In this document: positions 48,655-59,569 of the stretch, piece by piece
Numbering within the stretch: the stretch's first letter is position 1
Layout: each line of letters opens with the position of its first letter
Source of the DNA: a virus
DNA length: 64,000 bases
Reading direction: 5' to 3' (one strand)
Virus record (IMG/VR): IMGVR_UViG_3300036817_000176
Location: 21,947 to 85,946 of that record
Program-made: the position numbers and the translations under genes
The notes under the pieces: generated by a model
Database searches by the model: none
Told to the model about the DNA's origin: nothing
Seen by the model: the letters and a program-made list of their open reading frames with translations, nothing else

Positions 48655-49515
48655 ATGGACAAACATTTTATAGCTGATGCGCTGTATGCTGATATGGAAA
48701 GCAAGGCGAAAGAGTTAACAGTTAATTCTAACAATACCGTGCAGCCTGTCGTACTCATGCGATTGGGCGTATTTGTTCCCAAACCCACAAAAAACCAGCC
48801 CGAAAATAACGAGATTGATGCCTCTCAAGTATTTTCACAGCTGGAGATCGCCCGGGCGGAAGGTTACGACAATATTAAAATTACCGGACCCCGCCTGGAT
48901 ATGGACACCGATTTTAAAGTGTGGGCGGGCGTTATCTATGCGTTCAGTCAGTACGGCCTGTCCTCAAATTCAATTCAGCTTTCTTTCCAGGAGTTCGCAA
49001 AGTTTTGCGGGTTCCCGTCCAAACGGCTTGATATCAAGTTAAGAAAGACTATCCACGCATCGCTGGGGCGACTTCGTAACAAAGGGATCTCTTTCAGTCG
49101 CGGCAAGAGCGTGTTGGGTAGCTATCATACCGGCCTACTCAAGACAGGTTATTTTGATGCCGAACGTGACATTGTTGAGCTTGAGGCCGATTCCAAGCTA
49201 TGGGAAATATTTCAGTTAGATTACCGGGTATTGTTGCAGCAGCACGCTCTACGGGCCTTACCCAAAAAAGAGGCGGCGCAGGCGATCTACACCTTCATCG
49301 AAAGCCTTCCTTCCCGGCCGGTTCCTATCTCGTTCGCGCGTATCCGTGAGCGACTGGCATTGATCTCAAGTATTAGTGAGCAGAACCGGACTATCAAAAA
49401 AGCTATCGAGCAGCTTAAATCCATCGGATACCTGGATTGCTCGATTGAAAAGCAAGGCCGGGAGAATTTCATCATCGTTCACTCGCGCAACCCAAAACTG
49501 AAGCCATCAGTTTAG
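48655..49515 (+). CDS. repA: Plasmid replication initiator RepA (P1/IncY type)
   Basis: 286 aa, closely follows recalled P1 RepA (ESKAKELTVNSNNTVQPV, GPRLDMDTDFK, HSRNPKLK). Confidence 0.97.
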   Translation: MDKHFIADALYADMESKAKELTVNSNNTVQPVVLMRLGVFVPKPTKNQPENNEIDASQVFSQLEIARAEGYDNIKITGPRLDMDTDFKVWAGVIYAFSQYGLSSNSIQLSFQEFAKFCGFPSKRLDIKLRKTIHASLGRLRNKGISFSRGKSVLGSYHTGLLKTGYFDAERDIVELEADSKLWEIFQLDYRVLLQQHALRALPKKEAAQAIYTFIESLPSRPVPISFARIRERLALISSISEQNRTIKKAIEQLKSIGYLDCSIEKQGRENFIIVHSRNPKLKPSV

Positions 49516-50000
49516 ATGTGTGCTGGCGGGAAGATGCCCTCCAGCGCACACTTTTGAGGGCAATATTTACATCCTCTTCCCGCCGAACAGAACGTTAGCC
49601 AGTTCATGGCCAACGTTAGCTAATTCATGGAAACGGCCTTAAAAGGGCTTTATTTCGGGCGCGAACCGGCGTCCAGCAACTACGCGCCATGAATAGACGA
49701 ACATCCATCATGAATAGACTAACGCTGGAATGTTGGCTGGAGGATGTGTGCTGTAGGGAAGATTCCCTCCAGCACACATTTTAAGGGAAGGATTTATATG
49801 GCTCCCCGCCAGGCCTTGCCAGATGAGCGTTAACTTAATTCCGTCATTGACCGGCAGGATGTAAAAATTACCCTCGACAGCAACCAGACGACCCTTTTTG
49901 TGTGCGCTGGCGGGAAAAAGTGGACGGTGGAGGGAACAATCAGGGCAAAACCGGCATGTTCGGTGTGCGCTGCAGGGAAATTTCCCTCCAGCACCCACTA
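49515..50000. repeat. incA-like copy-control iterons, about 7 copies in both orientations
   Basis: GTGYGCTG..GGGAA copies near 49515, 49743, 49899, 49962, three followed by an inverted copy. Confidence 0.9.
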
Positions 50001-50075
50001 TGTGGACCTCATTTACATGAGGCAACAGGCAGAAAAAAGCCCGCTCGATGGCGGGCGTGTCGGTTCCTGGCGCGA

Positions 50076-50429
50076 TTATTCCCCCTGCAGGAGTTCAGCT
50101 GCCGCGCCGTCCGGATCGGCATCGCTCAGGCGCTCGAGACACTTGCTGCAGACAACGCAGCGGTAACCATGCACGCCGACACGCGGTGTACGGGGCGGAG
50201 TCAGGCCACGGGCCTTACAGAACGTCACCCACTGACCGGCACGGCGCAGCAGGCACTCAATGGACATCTGGCGCCATGGTTGCATTGGCTCATCCATGTT
50301 GCTCATCAGCGAACGGGTGGAGATCCCGAGCTGTTCGGCAAACTCTTTGTGGGTCGAAATACCCAGGAGTCTCATGGCCAGTGGAATATGCTCATGAGTA
50401 ATATTTGTGATAGGGTCGATCTGGGTCAC
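50076..50429 (-). CDS. Small Cro/HTH-like protein with C-terminal CxxCxxC
   Basis: THKEFAEQLGISTRSL; CVVCSKC. Confidence 0.65.
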   Translation of the reverse strand: MTQIDPITNITHEHIPLAMRLLGISTHKEFAEQLGISTRSLMSNMDEPMQPWRQMSIECLLRRAGQWVTFCKARGLTPPRTPRVGVHGYRCVVCSKCLERLSDADPDGAAAELLQGE

Positions 50430-50547
50430 TGGCGGGTTCCGTAAGAGACATTATGCTTATCGCCCAGGGTACTCGTGATGCGAAAATATTTCCACTTTCT
50501 GCGAAAATATTTCCACATTTTGCGACAATATTTCCTACTGCAGGCGT

Positions 50548-50571
50548 AAAAAAGCCCGGCGAACCGGGCTT
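50548..50571 (-). terminator. Terminator after ulx
   Basis: AAGCCCGG-TTCG-CCGGGCTT-TTTT on minus strand. Confidence 0.85.
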
Positions 50572-50585
50572 ATGGGGTTGAAGGG

Positions 50586-51008
50586 TTAACCCAGCTTGCT
50601 CTGAATAATCTCTTCCATGCCATCATCAACCAGTTCGTATGCGTAGGTATCGCCGTCCGGTAAATCAAGCTGGTGGCTTGCGGTGCGGATCTTGCCCTCT
50701 GCGAATCGTTCCTGTTGATACGCCCACGCCGCGCACAAGGTCAGGGCAGGGCTCGCCAGGGTGTAACGCTGCAGCGTGCCCAGCTCCAGAGCATTCCCCC
50801 GGATCTCGATGCCGCGCGCAGCCATCAGCGCCTTCAGTGGCCACCAGTACGGACCATAGCCACGATACTGGCGAGGATCTTTCTCCAGCACGCTCAGCAG
50901 CCCGGCCAGATAGCCGGTAATAAATTCCTCTTCGGTCCGGTCGGCCGTGGCTTCCGCCAGCAGCGGGGCCAGTTCCTCAGAGGTGGGGATCACGGTATCG
51001 GCGATCAT
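50586..51008 (-). CDS. ulx: Ulx-like protein
   Basis: ATGA-coupled to darB; YRGYGPYWWPLKALM. Confidence 0.8.
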   Translation of the reverse strand: MIADTVIPTSEELAPLLAEATADRTEEEFITGYLAGLLSVLEKDPRQYRGYGPYWWPLKALMAARGIEIRGNALELGTLQRYTLASPALTLCAAWAYQQERFAEGKIRTASHQLDLPDGDTYAYELVDDGMEEIIQSKLG

Positions 51009-54000
51009 TCTTCGGTTACTCCCAGTACGTTTGCGATTTCTTTCATGGATGCCGACGCGGGAATAAACCACCAGCCGCCCGGAAACTCATCTGACACCGA
51101 ATCCGCAAAGAACACAAGCCCACGCCCCTCGCCGAAAGCGGCCTTAATGTTCTCTTTCTTGTCGTAAAGCAGACCGTTCTTGCCCTGCTTGTCGAACAGG
51201 CCGATCACCTCACCCACATCCTTCTTAACCGCCGGACGCGTGCGCCAGCGCCCCCGGAACTGGTATTTGCTCGGCGACTGATTGATGGCCAGCGCGTTGC
51301 GGCGAACCAGCACCGTATCGAGCTGAATGTCACCGGCGCTGGTGGCCTCGACGGTGGCCTCGGCGACAACTTTAGCCTCCTGCAGCTGCTCCTGTTCGAC
51401 CGGCGTCGGTTCCGGTTTTTCCTCTTCCGGTGCGTCGCCCTTCAGCCAGGTCTCAAGCAGGTCCTGGTTCTTGTTACCGTAGGACCCGCCGTAGGTCACA
51501 TAGATGGCGTTGTCGAAGGCGGTGCGCAGGCCTGCTGCGGTGTTTTCTGACGGTGCTGCAGCGATACCGGGGGCCATCAGGTCAGCCACGGCAGACGGCA
51601 GATCAAACCCATCCTGGCGGACATACGGGCCTTCCTTCGCGTTGCGCAGTTCGCCTGCGAAGGTATAGCCATTGGCGCTGCGGTTTCTCGTGGCCATTTC
51701 GCGGACCCAGCTCAGGCGGATGACGCGAGTTTCACGGCTGGTATTCTGACGTTCCAGCTCGAAGCGGGCGGCCAGTTCGGCATCCTTGCGCGCCTGCGCG
51801 GCCCGTTTCGCCTCTTTAACCTCCGCGTCCAGTGTGTCTTCGCCGGTCTTAATGGCGGCTTCAAAGGCGGTACGGTTGCTCCACTCAGCAGGGATCGCTT
51901 TCTTCGCGGCCTTGCTGAAATAGTAGGAGGTCATATTATTCAGTTCATAGGACGGATCAGCGCGGTAGGCGGCGAGGGTGGAAGCCAGCCACTCGTTAAT
52001 CAGCTGTTCCGGCGCCGTGTTGCCGTACCCCTCGACCGCCGCAACGATGTCGGTACCGTACAGAATGGTGAGCCAGTTCTTCGGTGCCTGGCTGGCATCG
52101 CCATACGTGCTGGTCGGGAACCGGCTACGATCGGCCAGCAGCCACTTCGCCAGATTTGCCTTCAGGGCGGCGTCGTTCACGTCCGGATAGACGATGCGGC
52201 TCAGCAAACCGGACTTCATCGGCTTGTCGCCGTAACGCTCAACGTAGTTCACCTCAAACGCGTTGCCGTCCTCACCATGCAACAGGAAATACGAATCGGT
52301 CAGCACCAGTGACCGGCTGATCAGGTGCTGGCTGAACTGACCGGCATCCAGTAGCCTCGTCGCGCGGGCGAGGGTAAGCGCCTCAGACATTTCTTTCCAG
52401 ACTTCCAGCTCAGACGGCGTATAGCTGACCTCATTCTGGAAGGACGCAACGTCATACCATACCTTGTTGTCCGGTTTTAGGGACACGCCTCGCAGGCGGT
52501 TCGGGACGTGGATCAGGGTGACCAGCGCCTGCTTGTCGTCAAAGTGCAATTTATCAGCCCGGGCAATGACGCCGGATGCCATCTGGTAGACGCGGCCCAC
52601 GCGCACGGTATGGATACCGTCGGTCAGGAACTCGTTACCCTTGTCCAGCATATCGGCTGGCATTTCCAGCAGGCCTTTTTTGATGGCCTCCTCGAGGGAT
52701 GGGCGCAGGCGCTTCAGGGCATCGGCGGCTTTAGCGTTACGCTCCGTGCGACGCTCCGCCATCAGCAGGTTTTTGCGCGCCTTCGCCAGTTCGGCCCGGT
52801 TGGCACTGACCTCTTTCTGGCTTTCTTTGGCCTGCTGTTTGAAGTATCCGGCCATGTAAGTATCGCCTTCGGAGTTGGCGAGGTTGCGGGTGAAGGCTTC
52901 GCTGTGAACGGTGACGTTCCGCTCAAAGCGGGCGACATCCTCTTTCAGCTTGCTGACGGTGGTCTGCAGTTCCGCCGGGTCACCGCTCTGATCGTGCGCG
53001 GCCTTCAGGTAGTTATGCAGGTCGATGCCAGCGCGGCGGCGGGCGGCTTCCTCGACCCGGGCGCGGGCCTTCTCCTGGTTCGCCTCGATGCGGGCGCGGC
53101 GTTCTTCCGGATCGGCGGCAAGGAGCAAGCTGGCCTCCATGGCGTCGTCGGCGTCGGCGTTCTTCATCTTCTCGGCGTCACTGGTGAACAGCTCATTCTG
53201 CCAGTTGGCCTTGCGCTTGAGCGTGTCCAGACGGAACTGGTCAAAGCTGCCTTTGCCCACGTAGTAATGCACGCGGACTTTCTTCTGTTTGGCACCCACG
53301 CGCGCGCCACGGCCGTTACGCTGCTTGATACTGGCCGGTGTCCACGGGAGGGTAAGGTGGTGAATGTCGGTGGTACCGTGATGCAGGTTGACGCCCACCT
53401 CGGCTTTTTTGTTGCAGATCAGGATGCGGATACGGCCGTCGTTGTAGGCCCCGGCGAACTTCTCCAGACTGGCCTGTTCGCCGTCCACACCTTTCTCGCT
53501 GACCGTCTTCGCGTTGATGATCCCGATCTCGCTTTCCGGGATGCCGAGGCTGTTCACGATGATGCGCTTCAGCTTCTCGTGCTGCGACTTCTCCTCGGTA
53601 AAGATAATCTGCTTACCGCCTTGCTCGTAGCCGGTCTTCAGGTTCTCCAGCATACGGGCGTACTTCGGCATCAGCGGGTGCGATACGTCGCTGGCGGTGA
53701 TGTCGAACTGGCTCAGACGGTTGATCACCTCCTGCTCGTACAGCTCAGGCACAACAAGCGTTACGGCGTGTTCGCTGGTGGTCACCCGGGCGTCCAGTTT
53801 GACCTGGTTCACTACCTTTTCGGCGTCCTCATCCTGCTTGTCGTCATCGCCACCGGCGAGCTTGATACTTTCCGGCAGGTCGGCCACCAGTTTGCCCACG
53901 GCGTCGGCATACTTCAGCGGGAACCGGAACGTCATGGTACGGCGGTACAGGTCCATATCCGTACATACGCGGTCCATGTCACGGATGATGGCAAAGGTGA

Positions 54001-57000
54001 AATCTTCCGGCTCGTCCTCGTTATCGGGGCCTTTCTCTTTCTTCTTGCTCAGGGCTTCAGCGCGCTGGCGCAGTTCTTCATAGACGACGGACTGCTCAGG
54101 GGTCATGTCTGACTCAGCCAGCAACTCCTCGAGATCCGGAATGGTGACAGTATGTGACACGTCTTTCGCGTCTTTGAGGTTCACCCAGCGGTGGAAAAGG
54201 GAGCGCAGCCCGGAGAGGTTTTTAAAGCCCACCAGGCCTTGCTTCAGCTCCACTTCGCCGGAGAGCTTCTGAACCATTACATCTTCAACTTCGCCGAACA
54301 CCTTGATGAAGTCGTCCACGTCGGCGATCCCCAGCTGCCCCCACTCCTCGTTATTCAGCAAGTGTGACAGCATGTTGAAGATATCGATCGGGGAGTTCAC
54401 GGTCGGGGTGGCGGTCAGCATAACCGGCCCACGGCCGTCGTACTTCTCGCGCATGTACGAGGACTTGACCGCCAGATCGATAGCGACCTTCGCGCTCGCC
54501 TGCGTCGGCAGGTAGGCCAGCTTGGAGGACTCGCGGCCCGCCTGGTAGCTGTTGCGGTAGTTGTGGGCTTCATCGACGATCAGACTGTCAAAGCCCATAT
54601 CCTCCCAGTACGGCACATCCAGCGCCTTATCGGTACCGGTGTTGCTGTGCTTCTCGGCGAATTTCTCTTTCTTCATCGCCTCGCGGTGGTTTTTGGCCAC
54701 GGCGAGGATCTTGCCGCCGCGCAGGCCTGCCGCTTCCATACGCTCCGCGTGGGCAACGATGGATTCCGGGCGCATGGGGATGGTGGCCAGTTGCTCTTTG
54801 GTCATCACCACAGTGTCATAGTTAGACTGCGGGATGGCGTTAAGACGCGCCTTAACCTCTTTCGTACCCAGGATTTTCAGCTTGTCGCGGGTCAGCTCCT
54901 CGCCGTTGGCGCCCAGGCGCGGGTTACCCTCGTCATCCCGTATGACTTCCTGCTCAATCTGGCCATCCTTGCCCATCACCGGCTCGACGCCGACAAAGAG
55001 CATTCGTGAGAAGGTGGCTTCGTCGTAGAACGTCTTACTTTCGTGGTACCAGTTCTCGAGCACGGCCAGCGGCACGGCGATCCCTGCACGTTTAGAGCGG
55101 CCCATCTGCCGGTTGTAGGCCACAAGCCCCAGCGCGGTCGTGGTTTTACCGAGCCCGGTACCGTAGGCCAGCACGCCGCGCCCGTCTTCAGACGCCCGTC
55201 GGATCCCCGAGCACTGATAGCCGAACGGCACGATACGCCCCGAGATACCGTCCAGCTGCAGGTCGGCGTCGCTATGGTCGAAGTTAACAAAGCCGTTAAA
55301 GCTGTCGTTATACAGGTCGGCCAGCTTCTCGATGTCATCATGCTGGCGTAGCCAGACAGCAAACTGGTCCTCGATGCCCTTGATACGTTCACGGTACGCG
55401 GCCGCACCGGCGGCATCACCCGAGCGGACGGTCACGCCGTTGAGGTAGTTCTCGAGCTGGCGCTCGAATTGCTCGTTGGCGTTGCTGCGCTTCTTACCGT
55501 CACGCACACCGTAGCCGCTCCAGACGCCATCGCTGCCCTGATACTCCTTGTCCTCCACCATGTCGCCGTCGTCGCCGGTGGTGATTTTGGAATACTGGAT
55601 CTCGCTGTAGCCGCTCTCTTTCAGGAACTCGAGCACGTAGCTGCGCGGGACCCATTTGGCGGCCATGGTCATTTCGATGTCATCGACTTTGGCCCGGAAC
55701 CGGCGGCGCTCGATCTCATCCAGCTGGGCCTGATAGTTCGACAGGATGGCCGGGTCTTTCTCGTTACCCATGGCGTTGATCAGCTTGCGACGGGTGGCAA
55801 CAATGTTCCCGCTGGTGGCGCGGTCCATTGGCATCAACATGCCGTCTGCAGTGATGGCCACGCCCGGGATCTTCGCCAGTTCGCCGAGCGTCTTACCCTC
55901 ATCGCCGCGGTACAGGTCGGCAAAATCGGACACATCGACCGGGTTAAGCTCGAGCTGGCTGAACAGATAGGCGACGGTCTGCGCGGCGCTGGTGTCGTCA
56001 AAGGCGTGAACCGGACCACGATCCAGCGTGCCGGACATCAGGGCGCTGAATTTGCCGTTTACGTCGGTTGCGGTCACAAAGGCGTTCCATGCACCTGCAG
56101 CGGCGCCACCGCCCAGGGTAGAGAGCTTGCGATCGGCGGCGGCCACCCCGAAAACTTTCATTTCGGCATTGGTCAGGTCGCGCAGTTCGGCGGCTGTTTC
56201 CGGTGGGATAACGCCGGTTTCGTTGACCTCGCCCAGCATTCCCTGGATGCGATGGCCAATCAGCGCCCCGCGCACGATACGGGCGCGATGCTCGGCCGGT
56301 TGCGCGTTGGCCAGACGGATGGCATCAGCAACGATCCCATGCGTCGCGTCCGGGAAGTCGCGGTGAACGGCCATCAGTTGTGTGTGGCTCAGCTCCAGCG
56401 CATTCAGCGGGGACTGGTCCATCATGGTGTAGAGCTGGCGCAGCGAACTGGCCCCGTACACTTCCGCGCTGATAGTGTCACCGTCGCTGGCCACCGAAGA
56501 GGTGGAGCTCTGCCATTCACCGTTAACCAGTCGGCGCCAGCGGCCATTGATCATGCGCTCATCGCCTTCGTCATACGTTGGTGTGACCGGTTCGGTCAGC
56601 TCCAGCGCCAGCCAGTCAATGCGTGATTCGAACTTGTGGGCCAGCCGGTCTTTGATCTGCGCGTTAGTAGTGGCACCTTTGTCCACGACGGTGCGGGCAA
56701 ATTTGCCGACGCCCTGCGTGGACTGTTCGCCGTGAATGAATCGCTTGCCCTCGGCCGTGTCAAACCACTTGCCGTTGATGAACGTGTCCCAGAGAACGTT
56801 GGCTTCAGCCAGCACGGCCTTTTTGCGACCGTTCACCAGCTCGGCCATGCCTTCCGGATGCTTGCGCATAACCAGAATGTCGGTGGCCGTATCGGTACCG
56901 TTATTGGAGAAGGTACCCGAGGGGAGACGATGGGCACCCAGGAACTCGGCCTTCAGGCTGATCTCGGCGCGCCACTTTTTGAACTTGGCGCCGCTGACGA

Positions 57001-57709
57001 TGCGCATTGGTACCACGACGGTCATCAGGGAGCCGGGCTTAATCTTGTCGAGGATACGCGAGACGAAATACTGATCCACGTACTTCATATGGGCGTATTC
57101 AGGATCAAGCGCCCCATAGCTGCCGCGCGTTTCACCAAATGGCACGTTACCCACGGCCCCGTCCCAGCTGTTGTCTTCGGCGCTCACGGCCAGCGATTCG
57201 AATGACTTGTTAACCACCTTGTCTTCCGGGTGGAGGAGCTGGTTCACCTGCGAGCTGGTTTCATCGATCTCGGTGGCGGTCATCAGCGCACCGGCGGGCT
57301 TGGTACCGTGGAAAACACCGGCACCGGCGGACGGCTCCAGGTAGTTACCCGGGCCCTGTCCCTGGTTGGCCATCAGCTGCCAGATCCCCTCTGCCACCCA
57401 CTGGGGAGTGTAATACTCGTGGATACTGCCGCCGATGCCGCCCAGACCGGAATACTGGCGCAGGATAGTGCGATCTTCCTCGGTGAGCTGGCTGGCATCC
57501 GTGCCTACCCGGGCAAGAACTCCGAGCACGCGCTCGTTAGCCTCCCGGCGGGCGCGTTCTACCGATACGCCGTCTTCCTTCTCGATGCCGTACACGGCCC
57601 CGACCCGGCTGGCGGTCGGGAACAGGCGATCGTACTCTGCCAGGAGGCTGGTCAGGCTGCGTGCCTCCAGAATGGCAGATACCGCGCTTGCCACAGCGGT
57701 TATAGACAT
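51005..57709 (-). CDS. darB: DarB: N6-adenine methyltransferase plus SNF2-type helicase antirestriction protein
   Basis: EYYTP, LEPSAGAG, GNVPF; GLGKT, DEAH, LTATP, QRNGRGAR; 2234 aa. Confidence 0.96.
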   Translation of the reverse strand: MSITAVASAVSAILEARSLTSLLAEYDRLFPTASRVGAVYGIEKEDGVSVERARREANERVLGVLARVGTDASQLTEEDRTILRQYSGLGGIGGSIHEYYTPQWVAEGIWQLMANQGQGPGNYLEPSAGAGVFHGTKPAGALMTATEIDETSSQVNQLLHPEDKVVNKSFESLAVSAEDNSWDGAVGNVPFGETRGSYGALDPEYAHMKYVDQYFVSRILDKIKPGSLMTVVVPMRIVSGAKFKKWRAEISLKAEFLGAHRLPSGTFSNNGTDTATDILVMRKHPEGMAELVNGRKKAVLAEANVLWDTFINGKWFDTAEGKRFIHGEQSTQGVGKFARTVVDKGATTNAQIKDRLAHKFESRIDWLALELTEPVTPTYDEGDERMINGRWRRLVNGEWQSSTSSVASDGDTISAEVYGASSLRQLYTMMDQSPLNALELSHTQLMAVHRDFPDATHGIVADAIRLANAQPAEHRARIVRGALIGHRIQGMLGEVNETGVIPPETAAELRDLTNAEMKVFGVAAADRKLSTLGGGAAAGAWNAFVTATDVNGKFSALMSGTLDRGPVHAFDDTSAAQTVAYLFSQLELNPVDVSDFADLYRGDEGKTLGELAKIPGVAITADGMLMPMDRATSGNIVATRRKLINAMGNEKDPAILSNYQAQLDEIERRRFRAKVDDIEMTMAAKWVPRSYVLEFLKESGYSEIQYSKITTGDDGDMVEDKEYQGSDGVWSGYGVRDGKKRSNANEQFERQLENYLNGVTVRSGDAAGAAAYRERIKGIEDQFAVWLRQHDDIEKLADLYNDSFNGFVNFDHSDADLQLDGISGRIVPFGYQCSGIRRASEDGRGVLAYGTGLGKTTTALGLVAYNRQMGRSKRAGIAVPLAVLENWYHESKTFYDEATFSRMLFVGVEPVMGKDGQIEQEVIRDDEGNPRLGANGEELTRDKLKILGTKEVKARLNAIPQSNYDTVVMTKEQLATIPMRPESIVAHAERMEAAGLRGGKILAVAKNHREAMKKEKFAEKHSNTGTDKALDVPYWEDMGFDSLIVDEAHNYRNSYQAGRESSKLAYLPTQASAKVAIDLAVKSSYMREKYDGRGPVMLTATPTVNSPIDIFNMLSHLLNNEEWGQLGIADVDDFIKVFGEVEDVMVQKLSGEVELKQGLVGFKNLSGLRSLFHRWVNLKDAKDVSHTVTIPDLEELLAESDMTPEQSVVYEELRQRAEALSKKKEKGPDNEDEPEDFTFAIIRDMDRVCTDMDLYRRTMTFRFPLKYADAVGKLVADLPESIKLAGGDDDKQDEDAEKVVNQVKLDARVTTSEHAVTLVVPELYEQEVINRLSQFDITASDVSHPLMPKYARMLENLKTGYEQGGKQIIFTEEKSQHEKLKRIIVNSLGIPESEIGIINAKTVSEKGVDGEQASLEKFAGAYNDGRIRILICNKKAEVGVNLHHGTTDIHHLTLPWTPASIKQRNGRGARVGAKQKKVRVHYYVGKGSFDQFRLDTLKRKANWQNELFTSDAEKMKNADADDAMEASLLLAADPEERRARIEANQEKARARVEEAARRRAGIDLHNYLKAAHDQSGDPAELQTTVSKLKEDVARFERNVTVHSEAFTRNLANSEGDTYMAGYFKQQAKESQKEVSANRAELAKARKNLLMAERRTERNAKAADALKRLRPSLEEAIKKGLLEMPADMLDKGNEFLTDGIHTVRVGRVYQMASGVIARADKLHFDDKQALVTLIHVPNRLRGVSLKPDNKVWYDVASFQNEVSYTPSELEVWKEMSEALTLARATRLLDAGQFSQHLISRSLVLTDSYFLLHGEDGNAFEVNYVERYGDKPMKSGLLSRIVYPDVNDAALKANLAKWLLADRSRFPTSTYGDASQAPKNWLTILYGTDIVAAVEGYGNTAPEQLINEWLASTLAAYRADPSYELNNMTSYYFSKAAKKAIPAEWSNRTAFEAAIKTGEDTLDAEVKEAKRAAQARKDAELAARFELERQNTSRETRVIRLSWVREMATRNRSANGYTFAGELRNAKEGPYVRQDGFDLPSAVADLMAPGIAAAPSENTAAGLRTAFDNAIYVTYGGSYGNKNQDLLETWLKGDAPEEEKPEPTPVEQEQLQEAKVVAEATVEATSAGDIQLDTVLVRRNALAINQSPSKYQFRGRWRTRPAVKKDVGEVIGLFDKQGKNGLLYDKKENIKAAFGEGRGLVFFADSVSDEFPGGWWFIPASASMKEIANVLGVTEE

Positions 57710-57868
57710 AGAAAGTCCTCTCAGGGTTGAATAAACCCCGACATCCTAACCTCATTGTGAAGTGAATGGATTATTGGACGATCCGCCGTCAGCGCCCGCG
57801 ATACGCTATGATCGGCCTGCCCCCTTCCTCCTCCCGCCCATGGTTAACCCCATTGGGAGGCCAGCCAG

Positions 57869-59569
57869 ATGGCTGAAACTACGAAAGCAGATACGAATGC
57901 AGAAAAAGGGCTGGTGTCGCTGCTGCGCCAGGCCTTCTCCGGGTTTAACCCGGACGACGCGCAGGACCGTGGCATTTTGCTGCAGGGCGCTGGTGGCTAT
58001 CACCTTGGCAATCCGCTTATGGCAGACAGCCCCACCAGCCAGAATGGCACTTCGGTAATCGGTGAACAGGACTGGATGGGGGAGAAGAAACTCCCGACAG
58101 ACCGCTTCGCCAAATACGCCCTGCTGGAAGACATGATCACCGATCCGGTGCTGTCGGCCGCGCTCGATATGCACATATCACATGCGCTCAGCGTGGACAG
58201 CCTCACGGGCAACATCCTGACAATTGAGGCCAAAACCGACGATGCGAAAGAGATCGCCGCGTCGCTCATGGCCGAACTGGGGCCGATGCTTAACACCGGT
58301 CTGCCGAGCTGGGCCAAACTAATGGCCGCGTTCGGCGTTCACTACATCCGCCCGTACTGCGAGCAGGGCAAGGGCATCATCGACATCGAGTCCTCCTGGT
58401 ACACGATGGCTCACCAGATCCGCGAATACGTCCGTGGCGGTCGGCTGGCAGGCTTTACCGGCGAATATCTCAAGACCCCGGCCCGCCCGGGTGAGGTCCA
58501 GCTGGTGGAGCCGTGGCAACTGGTCGGTCTGAAGGTACCGTACTGGCAACCGTCCTTGTCTCTGGAGCCGAAGGGCACCAGCGGCGCGCGCTATTCGCTG
58601 TATGACGATATTCACCGGCGCAAACCGACCGAAACGCAGGACTACGGCACCAGCTTCCTCGAGTTTGCCTACAGCTCGTGGTGCGACCTCAATGACGCCA
58701 TCCGCAGCCTGAAAGGGAGCCGCTATAACGCGAGCCGTATCGATCGCTTCGTGGCGCTCGGCATGGACAACCTCGACCCGGCACGCGCCGCTCAGCTCCT
58801 CAATATCGTCGGTACCCAGATGCGTAAGGACGCAGAAGCGGCCGCGCGCAAGGGCAAGGCGAAAGGCCTTATTCCGACTGTATGGAACCAAATCATCCCG
58901 AACCTTTCCGGTAACAAGGGCGGCGTGACGATCGATACGCAAGTGGTCAGCCCGGATATCCAGCACATCGAAGACGTGATGTTTCACCTCAAGCGCATGG
59001 CATCGGCACTCGGCATTGACGTGTCCATGCTCGGCTGGGGCGACCTGATGTCCGGCGGCCTCGGTGACGGCGGTTTCTTCCGCACGTCCATTCAGGCGGC
59101 CATCCGCGCGAACTGGCTGCGTGTCGGCATCGTGCAGGCCGTCAACCGGCTGATCGATATTCACATGGCCAACAAATACGGGAAGGTCTTCGGTGCAGGC
59201 GAGCTGCGCCCCATCGAAATTAAATTCCACTCACTCAATACCGCCATCGAGGCCGAACAGGCCGAAGCCATGGAAACGCGCACCAACTACGCCATGGCCC
59301 TGACCACCGTCCTCGACACGATCGAGAACGGGCGCCTGGCCGGTTCGGACGCTTTCAAGGAGCTCGTGCTGACCGACGTGGTGCGCCTCGATCCCGAGAA
59401 GGCGGCAGTAATCATTAAAGACCTCGCAAAGGCCGCTAAAGACGCCGCTGAAAACGAGGAGAGCTTCATGGAGTCCGTTGGCTACAAGGGACCCGAGAAG
59501 GGCTTCCAGAGTTATCTGGAGAGCGTAATCAATAAACAACTCGTTAATCTGTTAGGAGAGACACCGTGA
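57869..59569 (+). CDS. prt: Portal protein
   Basis: 566 aa, divergent from darB; LSAALDMHISHAL and GGLGDGGFFRTSIQAA motifs. Confidence 0.88.
   Translation: MAETTKADTNAEKGLVSLLRQAFSGFNPDDAQDRGILLQGAGGYHLGNPLMADSPTSQNGTSVIGEQDWMGEKKLPTDRFAKYALLEDMITDPVLSAALDMHISHALSVDSLTGNILTIEAKTDDAKEIAASLMAELGPMLNTGLPSWAKLMAAFGVHYIRPYCEQGKGIIDIESSWYTMAHQIREYVRGGRLAGFTGEYLKTPARPGEVQLVEPWQLVGLKVPYWQPSLSLEPKGTSGARYSLYDDIHRRKPTETQDYGTSFLEFAYSSWCDLNDAIRSLKGSRYNASRIDRFVALGMDNLDPARAAQLLNIVGTQMRKDAEAAARKGKAKGLIPTVWNQIIPNLSGNKGGVTIDTQVVSPDIQHIEDVMFHLKRMASALGIDVSMLGWGDLMSGGLGDGGFFRTSIQAAIRANWLRVGIVQAVNRLIDIHMANKYGKVFGAGELRPIEIKFHSLNTAIEAEQAEAMETRTNYAMALTTVLDTIENGRLAGSDAFKELVLTDVVRLDPEKAAVIIKDLAKAAKDAAENEESFMESVGYKGPEKGFQSYLESVINKQLVNLLGETP

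Noticed and set aside
48473-48666. Iteron arrays as CRISPR, and short ORFs across them
   Set aside because: No unique spacers and no cas genes; the repeats are Rep iterons and the ORFs are repeat artefacts
52508-57730. Long plus-strand ORFs (534, 385 aa and others) opposite darB, and similar antisense ORFs elsewhere
   Set aside because: Shadow ORFs of GC-rich coding strands with no motifs
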